From: an uncultured Helicobacter sp.
Lineage (GTDB): Bacteria; Campylobacterota; Campylobacteria; Campylobacterales; UBA6016
Reading direction: 5' to 3'
NCBI GenBank assembly: GCA_964568395.1
Contig: CAZMPN010000009.1
Span: forward strand, 7,075 to 71,074
Length of the DNA: 64,000 bases
Shown here: positions 28,724 through 35,105 of the stretch, piece after piece
Layout of the letters: each line of letters begins with the position of its first letter
Numbering within the stretch: position 1 is the first letter of the stretch
Notes under the pieces: model-generated
What the model was told of the DNA's origin: nothing
What the model saw: only the letters and a program-made list of their open reading frames with translations
Databases searched by the model: none
Made by a program: the position numbers and the translations under genes

Positions 28724-30207
28724 CAGCCTGCAAACGCCCTGTATATATCTTCCACACCCTCTCTAAGGCTCTCCTTGTCTGCTCCTTGCAGGTATGCGTG
28801 TAGGATTACCGCTCCGGCCCCTATCCCTTCTTTTACGAATCCATCTTCATAGAGTCTTAGATTTTTAAATTCGCTATCCGCGAAGTCGAAGTTCGGATAA
28901 AAGGCGTTTATGGACGGGTCTATCGCCGATAAAAGACCGGTTATGTCGCTCGTTTTGTCTGTCGCTATCCATTTTGTCGTGGCCAGCGCGATATTTTCAA
29001 ACAAAGATGTGAGGCCAAGCGCTTTTATGACGGCGCATACCGCGGCCATCTGCGTGCCTCCGCCGAGAATTACCGGCTTTGTTTTTGACAGCTCTACGGC
29101 AAGCCCGGCGGTAAAAGGCTGCATCGTATCGCCAAATCTGGAGAGTACGCCAAATACGTCGCCTGCGTCAAACTCTTCTTTTGAGATCGCCTTGTCCACG
29201 ACGCTTTGTTTGAGCGATTTGATGTTTTTGTCGTTGCCGCTGGACGCGAACGCTCCGTCGCACTCGTATCCTAACGCTTTCGTTACGGCGTAGGCTGTCG
29301 TAGTGCCGGCTGGCACGCACTCAGAGAGTATGAAGTAGTCGGCGGTTTTTTCTATTTCGGCGGCATATTTGACGCCGGCCTCAAAGAGCGCCTTCGCATC
29401 CGTGTCCGCTCCGTCCAAAATAGATTTTGCGGCTCCGAATCCGAGCGTTTTTACGCTGCATTGGGGTTTTATCGTTAGTCCCGTGTCTACGAACAGAAGC
29501 TCGAACGGCGCTATTTTTCTTGCCGCCATGGCTATAAGCACAGGGGAGGGAGGGCCGTCCGGAGCCTTTGCGATATCCGGCATGGATTTTGGATAGCCGA
29601 GCTCCAAAACTTCCATATCCAGCGCCGGGGTGTACTCTATAAAACCGGGAAGTCCGGCTACCGTTATCCCTTCTATTTCGGCCGTATGCGTATACCCCCC
29701 CGACAAAACGAAGGCGCATTTTTTACCCTCTAGAGGCTTTAAAAAACTCTTGTTTCCTTGTATCTCGTATATCTCTTTACCGTTTTTATTGCATTCAGAC
29801 ATTATCTCTTTCCAAACCGTATTGAATTTTTTTGTTACGTACTCTTTTGTGTGCGGCACGGTGCATTTTGAGCAGTTTTGATGTATCTTGCCGCCGAAAT
29901 CCTGCTGGCTTCCGTCTTTTGACTCTATGGAGCATTCGCTGTATATGTTTGTTTCGCCATGCCTGCCAAGTCCGTTATCCGAAAATCTGAAATTCGGACA
30001 TGCGCATAGGTAACAGTTCAAATATTCGCTATCGTGGCACTTCCTGCCTTCTTTGTATAGCGGGCAAAAACTTGGTTCGCTCACTCGCATATTCTCAAAT
30101 TCGAAATATTCTATTATCCGCTCTTTATCCATACCGGCCGCGATTAGTTTTTGGACTATCTCGGCATGCCTGTGCGCATGTGCGTCAAACCACTCCTGGT
30201 AACTCAT
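28723..30207 (-). CDS. Fusion protein: N-terminal Cys/His-rich small domain plus archaeal-type CobT-like (UPF0284) phosphoribosyltransferase
   Basis: 494 aa. Residues 1-150: CPLYKEGRKCHDSEYLNCYLCACPNFRF...ECSIES...HQNCSKCTVPH. Residues ~150-494: ILSECVPAGTTTAYAV and ILGGGTQMAAV. Single-nt (TGATG) and ATGA overlaps with its neighbours. Confidence 0.65.
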   Translation of the reverse strand: MSYQEWFDAHAHRHAEIVQKLIAAGMDKERIIEYFEFENMRVSEPSFCPLYKEGRKCHDSEYLNCYLCACPNFRFSDNGLGRHGETNIYSECSIESKDGSQQDFGGKIHQNCSKCTVPHTKEYVTKKFNTVWKEIMSECNKNGKEIYEIQGNKSFLKPLEGKKCAFVLSGGYTHTAEIEGITVAGLPGFIEYTPALDMEVLELGYPKSMPDIAKAPDGPPSPVLIAMAARKIAPFELLFVDTGLTIKPQCSVKTLGFGAAKSILDGADTDAKALFEAGVKYAAEIEKTADYFILSECVPAGTTTAYAVTKALGYECDGAFASSGNDKNIKSLKQSVVDKAISKEEFDAGDVFGVLSRFGDTMQPFTAGLAVELSKTKPVILGGGTQMAAVCAVIKALGLTSLFENIALATTKWIATDKTSDITGLLSAIDPSINAFYPNFDFADSEFKNLRLYEDGFVKEGIGAGAVILHAYLQGADKESLREGVEDIYRAFAG

Positions 30208-30596
30208 CGCGGCGCTCCGCTAAGGCAGCTATCGACCAGAAACTCCCATTTCATGCTCTTTGCGTCTGTTAGTATATTCGCCGATGCGGTTTTATTTGCG
30301 CCTTTGCCGTCTACGGAGTAGAACCACCCCAATTTCCCGGGGCTTGAAGCTACGCCGTCTATCGATGTCACGAACAGAAATTCGCCTACTTTTTTTGTTT
30401 TTACGTTTGCCGCCCTCTTTAGCGCGGTTAGCGCCGTCTCGCCGTTTTCGTACTCTATTTTGACGGTTTTCGGCTCTTTCGTTTTGCCGTAATTTATCCC
30501 TATCTCGATCTGTTGCGCCGATAAAATCAGCTGTAAAAACAGTATAACCGCTAAAAATCTCACTCTAAAAGCCTTAAAACTATAAAATTTACCCAA
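30204..30596 (-). CDS. Secreted DUF4430-like protein (transcobalamin beta-domain-like; candidate corrinoid binder)
   Basis: Signal peptide RFLAVILFLQLILSA. C-terminal GWFYSVDGKGANKTASANILTDAKSMKWEF matches the DUF4430 pattern as I recall it. The track start is TTG 30596. GTG 30563 (AAGG 9 nt upstream) is the more plausible start. Confidence 0.6.
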   Translation of the reverse strand: MGKFYSFKAFRVRFLAVILFLQLILSAQQIEIGINYGKTKEPKTVKIEYENGETALTALKRAANVKTKKVGEFLFVTSIDGVASSPGKLGWFYSVDGKGANKTASANILTDAKSMKWEFLVDSCLSGAPR

Positions 30597-31420
30597 TGGG
30601 TATTATCACAAAACTATCGTTTGAACAAATAAAAAATCATATAAAAACAGAGTACGACTTAGAGCTGCTATCGTGCAAGCCTACAAAGAGCGGCGTCTCC
30701 GATAGCGTCTACCTGCTCCAAACAAACGGCGGCGCATTCGCGCTAAAGCTGTTTGAAACGGCCGATAAAGAGCGGATATTGCGCGAACACCGTCTGCTTG
30801 AACTGCTATCCTCCCTTCCGGTCGCCGCTCCTTATGCGCCTGGCCATATTCCGACGCTTTGCGGCAAGCCGTCGTCTTTGTATTTTGCACTTGTCGGCTC
30901 TGACGCCGTGTCCGTTACAAATAGGCATTGCGCAGAGATAGGCCGTTTTCTATCCGGTATGCACTCCTTGAGCGCATCCATAAGCTCCGACAACCCGTCT
31001 TTTTGCGAGCAGGTCTCGGAGCTGAAGGCCTCTTTGCCTGCCACACCGTTTTCTCCTTACGGCGCGCTTTTTGACGAGATGCTTTCTCTGCCGACGGACG
31101 GCGTAATACACGGCGACCTGTTTTTGGATAACGCCGTTTTCGACGACGCAGGGCTGGTCGGCGTCATAGACTTCATAGAGGCGTTTAGCGGCCCGTTCGC
31201 TTTCGACGTCGGGGTCGCAGCCTTTAGTTTTTGCGTCAAAGACGCTAGAGTCGAACCGGAAATGCTCTCGTCCATGCTAAACGCATATGAATTTAAAAAA
31301 TACTCCGCCAAGCAGCTGCTGCGTTTTATGTGTTACGCCGCGCTGTTTTACGGAGTAAACCGCTTTATCGGAGGCAGGAACTACGAAGAGTGCCTCTCCT
31401 TCCTTGAAAGACAGGCCTAA
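30596..31420 (+). CDS. Protein-kinase-fold small-molecule kinase (homoserine kinase type II / APH family); candidate cobamide-linker (Thr/Ser) kinase
   Basis: 274 aa. ...CKPTKSGVSDSVYLLQTNGGAFALKLFE (nucleotide-binding lobe), VIHGDLFLDNAVF (catalytic loop) and VIDFIEA. Embedded on the opposite strand between btuB and the cob operon. Confidence 0.7.
   Translation: MGIITKLSFEQIKNHIKTEYDLELLSCKPTKSGVSDSVYLLQTNGGAFALKLFETADKERILREHRLLELLSSLPVAAPYAPGHIPTLCGKPSSLYFALVGSDAVSVTNRHCAEIGRFLSGMHSLSASISSDNPSFCEQVSELKASLPATPFSPYGALFDEMLSLPTDGVIHGDLFLDNAVFDDAGLVGVIDFIEAFSGPFAFDVGVAAFSFCVKDARVEPEMLSSMLNAYEFKKYSAKQLLRFMCYAALFYGVNRFIGGRNYEECLSFLERQA
30602..30610 (-). promoter_or_regulatory. Candidate extended -10 (TGTGATAAT) for the cob/btu operon, located inside the divergent kinase coding sequence
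   Basis: The minus-strand sequence TGTGATAAT is the reverse complement of ATTATCACA at 30602-30610. This would give a ~30-nt leader to GTG 30563. Confidence 0.3.
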
Positions 31421-31430
31421 AAATAGGCCT
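31413..31430. terminator. Weak hairpin at the convergent kinase/btuB junction
   Basis: AGGCCT-aaaaat-AGGCCT: a 6-bp stem spanning both stop codons. No U-tract, so it is probably leaky. Confidence 0.25.
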
Positions 31431-33222
31431 TGACGCCGGCGTATACGCTTCTACCAGGAGTCGCATATCCCGCCACGCTCTGATAGTATCTATCGAGCAG
31501 GTTTTCGAACTTGCCGTATAGAGATACCGTCTTGTTGAGCGTATAGTTCGCCACGCCGTTGAATAGCGCGTATCCGCCCGTTTGCGTAGCTTTCGTGTTG
31601 GTGTCGTATCTCGTGCCTACGTATGTAGAGTAGAGTCCGATATGGAGCTTGGCGGTCGGATAGTAATCCATGTTTATACTGACGGTATCGTGCGGCCTTC
31701 GCTGCAGCTCTTTCCTGGAGGCGTCCTCGGCTTTTAGCCTTGTATATGCGGCGCTTACGGTTAATTTATCGCTCGGGGCGAATAGGTATTTCGCCTCGTA
31801 TCCTTGCAATATCGAAGTGCCGTCCAGGTTTGCATATCCGCTGCCGGACCAGCTTATAAGATTCGATACGGTGTTGTAAAAATAGGTCAGGCTGAGTTTC
31901 CTATACGTCGCAGTTATATCAAAGCTCCTTATGTTTTCGGGCTTCAAATCAAAATTAGACGCTCCCCAAGGGTTTGCCATCTGCAGTATCGTAGGCGCCT
32001 TAAAAGCCGTACCGTAGTTTGCCGATATCGACGAGTCGTCCGTAATCGCGTATTTCGCGCCGGCCTTTGCGTTGGTCTTGGAGCCGAACGTCGAATAGTC
32101 GTCGTACCTGATTGCCTGCGTCAGCGTAAGTCCCATATGCGACATCGTGTTCGCGGCGAACGCCGAGCGTGTCTCATCCTCTTTTTTTACTTCCGAGCTG
32201 GCGACTTTTGTATATCTTATATCCATCTCCTCCTTTGAGGCTCCTAACGTCAGATTCCCAAACCGCGCATATTTGTAGTCGTCTTTTATCTCGTAGTTTT
32301 TGACGCCGCTTTTAAATATCTTCACGCCAAACGAGGTGTCCATATCGTCCTTTTTGCTCCCGGTTTCGCTTGCTTGGAGAGCTATATAGTGCGAGTCGGT
32401 TTTGTATGAAATAGCGGCTTTTTTTATCGTGTTTTCATAGCTGATTCTTTGAATGGAGTTTGGCGACAAATAGGCGTCGTAATTCGAGGCGCCCCTTGTC
32501 GTATATATCTCACCGTCTATCTTGAGGTTTCTTATCGGTTCGTAGCCGAGTTTGATATTCGCGCTAGTGTTTTGGTAGCCGTCTCTTTCAAAGTCGTCGC
32601 CTTTGGAGCCTCTTGGCGCTTGTGCGCTAAACCCGTCGGTCATATATCTCGATACGCCTCCGGACACGGAGTAGCTATCCGCCCCATATCCAAACGACGC
32701 CGCGGCGCTTTTGGTGTTGTAGCTTCCATACATTAGGTCGACTCCGCTTTTAAATCCTTTCGCCGCTTTTTTAGTGACGATATTTATGACTCCGGCGGCG
32801 GCGTCGGCTCCCCATATAGGGTTTGCGCCCTTGATAAGCTCTATACGTTCCACGTCTGACAAAAGCAGGTGTTCAAGCTGCGCCGAGCCGTCTGCGCTTG
32901 AGAGGTCGTTATATCTGACGCCGTCTATTAGTACGAGTATGTATTTCGTATCCATGCCCTGTATGTATATATTTGTAGCCGTTCCCATTCCGCCGCTTTG
33001 GGTGAAATTTATCCCGGTTAGCGAAGATAGGGCCTGCGTGATTGTGGTATAGTGTTTTTCCTCTATCTCTTCGGCCGTTACCACCTCTATATTCGACGTT
33101 ACGCTCTTGAGGGACTGTTCGCTCTTGGATGCGCCGGTTACGGTTATTTTTTCTATATTTACGGTGTTATCGGCAAGCAATATACCGCTTGCCAAAATTG
33201 ACAATACTATTTTTTTGTGCAA
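31417..33222 (-). CDS. btuB: TonB-dependent receptor, BtuB-like (corrinoid outer-membrane transporter)
   Basis: 601 aa with a signal peptide. Plug region TQSGGMGTATNIYIQGMDTKYILVLIDGVRYND...GANPIWGADAAAGVINIVT parallels E. coli BtuB (...VLVLIDGVR...GGVVNIIT). Terminal ...AGVKAYF. TTG start with GAGGA 7 nt upstream. Confidence 0.8.
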   Translation of the reverse strand: MHKKIVLSILASGILLADNTVNIEKITVTGASKSEQSLKSVTSNIEVVTAEEIEEKHYTTITQALSSLTGINFTQSGGMGTATNIYIQGMDTKYILVLIDGVRYNDLSSADGSAQLEHLLLSDVERIELIKGANPIWGADAAAGVINIVTKKAAKGFKSGVDLMYGSYNTKSAAASFGYGADSYSVSGGVSRYMTDGFSAQAPRGSKGDDFERDGYQNTSANIKLGYEPIRNLKIDGEIYTTRGASNYDAYLSPNSIQRISYENTIKKAAISYKTDSHYIALQASETGSKKDDMDTSFGVKIFKSGVKNYEIKDDYKYARFGNLTLGASKEEMDIRYTKVASSEVKKEDETRSAFAANTMSHMGLTLTQAIRYDDYSTFGSKTNAKAGAKYAITDDSSISANYGTAFKAPTILQMANPWGASNFDLKPENIRSFDITATYRKLSLTYFYNTVSNLISWSGSGYANLDGTSILQGYEAKYLFAPSDKLTVSAAYTRLKAEDASRKELQRRPHDTVSINMDYYPTAKLHIGLYSTYVGTRYDTNTKATQTGGYALFNGVANYTLNKTVSLYGKFENLLDRYYQSVAGYATPGRSVYAGVKAYF

Positions 33223-33421
33223 GAAAAATCCTCAAAAATTATTTTTTTATATGGCGTTAATTTGAGGTTTCGGAGGGTGGGGACAGTCCTGTTGAGGTTT
33301 TTGAAAAATCGCTTTTCGCGAAGACGGCGCAGGAGGCCGAGGTAGCGGCTAGTTTTACGCTTGAGACGCACGCAAGTATTCCCGCAAGCGTAAAGTATTT
33401 TTTGAGTCTAGCCTTTTTCAT
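33223..33421 (-). promoter_or_regulatory. ~200-nt structured 5' leader of btuB; candidate (divergent) cobalamin riboswitch with SD-sequestering elements
   Basis: The minus-strand RNA contains GCGGGAAUACUUGCGUGCGUCUCAAGC (compare the E. coli btuB leader GGGAAUCCAGUGCGAAUCUGGAGC). It also has a GGCUAG/CUAGCC closing stem and CAACAGGACUGUCCCCACC (B12-box-like). Two CCUCAA(A/C) copies (33261-33267, 33291-33297) are complementary to the SD region UUUGAGGA (33229-33236). Confidence 0.45.
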
Positions 33422-33427
33422 GTCGTT

Positions 33428-33433
33428 ATTATA
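33428..33433 (-). promoter_or_regulatory. Candidate -10 box (TATAAT) for the btuB leader
   Basis: Perfect TATAAT on the minus strand, overlapping the stop codon of the upstream UDG gene. It predicts a TSS near 33421. Confidence 0.35.
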
Positions 33434-34094
33434 GCCCTAGGCGGCTTTTGACTAGGAGCATGTCGGCGTAGGCTTCCTTTTTTGCGGATGGGTTTCGTAG
33501 TAGGAAGCTCGGATGAAATGTCGGAATTAGCGGTATTCCGGCATGCTCCATCACTGTGCCGCGCACTTTCATTATCGAGTGGTTTTGTCCCAAAAGCGAG
33601 TTTAGGGCGGTAGCCCCGAGGGCTACTATCAGCTCCGGTTTTATCAGCTCTATCTGTTTTTCTAGATACGGCTTGCAGCTTGCCGCCTCGGAAGGGGCGG
33701 GGACTCTGTTGTTTGGCGGGCGGCATTTGACTATATTGGCTATATAGACATCCTCTCTTTTGACGCCTATGGCATTCTCTATCATCTTCGTCAGCAGCTC
33801 TCCCGCCTTGCCGACGAACGGTCTGCCGCTCTTATCCTCGGTCTCCCCGGGGCCTTCGCCGACGAACATCACTCTGGCGTTCTCGTTTCCCTCTCCGAAT
33901 ACGACGTTTGTCCTGGTTTTGGCCAGTTCGCACAGATGGCAACCGTTTACCGTCGCCTTCAGGCTTGCCATGCTGGAAGGGAGCTCGAAGCTCTCTTTTA
34001 TCTCAAAATCTTTTATCGGCTTTACGTGATGGTATCCGAGACTTTTTAGGTGGTGAAGGTATTTTAGTTTTAACGCTAGGTTTAGGTTTTTCAA
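33429..34094 (-). CDS. Uracil-DNA glycosylase, family 4
   Basis: 221 aa. VMFVGEGPGETEDKSGRPFVGKAGELL and HPSFLLRNP are family-4 UDG motifs. Cys residues are consistent with a 4Fe-4S cluster. Confidence 0.85.
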   Translation of the reverse strand: MKNLNLALKLKYLHHLKSLGYHHVKPIKDFEIKESFELPSSMASLKATVNGCHLCELAKTRTNVVFGEGNENARVMFVGEGPGETEDKSGRPFVGKAGELLTKMIENAIGVKREDVYIANIVKCRPPNNRVPAPSEAASCKPYLEKQIELIKPELIVALGATALNSLLGQNHSIMKVRGTVMEHAGIPLIPTFHPSFLLRNPSAKKEAYADMLLVKSRLGL

Positions 34095-34117
34095 GTGCGT
34101 GTTTTCTCTTTAAATTA

Positions 34118-34657
34118 TTATTTGTCTCTCAAAAAGCCGATATTTTCGACCTCTTTGGCTGATTTTATCTCCAGTATCATATCTTCAAGTATAGTAATCG
34201 CGTCAGCCGTAGCCGATAACCTATCCTTTGTCCATTGCTTATTAATACTCAATTCACGTCTAAGCTCTTCTATCTGTCTGGCCAAATCCCCATGCTCCAG
34301 TAAGTAGCGGCGCATTTTTGTAAATGTACGCATGATGGCTAGCGTAGTCTCCGTGGCTTTTGCGCTTTTTAGAATAGTGGCTAGCATATATACACCCTGC
34401 TCGGTAAAGACTTTTGGAGCGTATCTTCTGCCGCCCCAACTTGAGGTCGAAATTTTCGACCTCAAAGTTTCCCACTCATCTTCCGACAATTCAAACATCA
34501 AATCATCAGGAAACTTATCAGGATTGTTTTTGACGGCCTCGTTTATTCTCTTCGTCTCTACGTCGTAAAGCTCCGCTATATCGGAATCCAGCATCACATC
34601 CGTATCTCGTATGCGATGTATTTTATTTTGGATTTTTGCGTCAGCGGTTAGTTTCAT
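34118..34657 (-). CDS. ORF6N (KilA-N-related) DNA-binding domain protein with a coiled C-terminal half
   Basis: 179 aa. IRDTDVMLDSDIAELYDVETKRINEAVKNNPDKFPDDLMFELS...WGGRRYAPKVFTEQGVYMLATILKS is the ORF6N pattern. Confidence 0.8.
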   Translation of the reverse strand: MKLTADAKIQNKIHRIRDTDVMLDSDIAELYDVETKRINEAVKNNPDKFPDDLMFELSEDEWETLRSKISTSSWGGRRYAPKVFTEQGVYMLATILKSAKATETTLAIMRTFTKMRRYLLEHGDLARQIEELRRELSINKQWTKDRLSATADAITILEDMILEIKSAKEVENIGFLRDK

Positions 34658-34711
34658 TTGCTAATCTTTGCACTTTCTGTTATTTTAGTATGTTGGGTTT
34701 GTGGCAAAAAA

Positions 34712-35080
34712 TTATACTTTTTTGCTGATATATTCAACCGTTAAATCTAGCTCTTCCAATAAACGAGGGGATTGGTTTGGAACCAGAACCCATTTTTCTT
34801 GAAGTCCTTTTAACATTCTTAGTGTGTGTTGATAGTAACGCCCATAAAATCGTAGCTCGTAAATAATTGCTGTTTGGCGGTCAATGTATAGAGCGCCATT
34901 TTCAGATGGTGGCTCAATAAGCTCTTTTACTAGTTTATGGTATGTTTCAAATTCTTTCCAAAAATGACTTGTTGCCCGCTCTATTTGGAACTTATAAACA
35001 GCAAAAATAAACGCTATTGCCGCTCCAAACGCAGACAGTTGAGAGCCGTAATTTTTAATCAGCTCCAGTAGTTGTTCCAA
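34712..35080 (-). CDS. Hypothetical 122-aa protein with one N-terminal TM helix; no family recognised
   Basis: ORF in a visibly AT-rich segment. The TM helix is LSAFGAAIAFIFAVYKF. No motif recognised. Confidence 0.55.
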   Translation of the reverse strand: MEQLLELIKNYGSQLSAFGAAIAFIFAVYKFQIERATSHFWKEFETYHKLVKELIEPPSENGALYIDRQTAIIYELRFYGRYYQHTLRMLKGLQEKWVLVPNQSPRLLEELDLTVEYISKKV

Positions 35081-35105
35081 TTTTTGCTCCGGTTTATTTA
35101 TAAAG

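Noticed and set aside
33418-33726. 102-aa minus-strand ORF reaching into the btuB leader
   Set aside because: It overlaps the family-4 UDG gene in another frame. It is Arg/Pro-rich with no support. The non-coding leader interpretation explains 33223-33428 better.
34095-35105. Calling the ORF6N islet a prophage or integrative element
   Set aside because: There is no integrase, terminase, structural gene, att-like direct repeats or adjacent tRNA. Only composition and one phage-associated domain support it, so it is reported as an islet of unknown origin.
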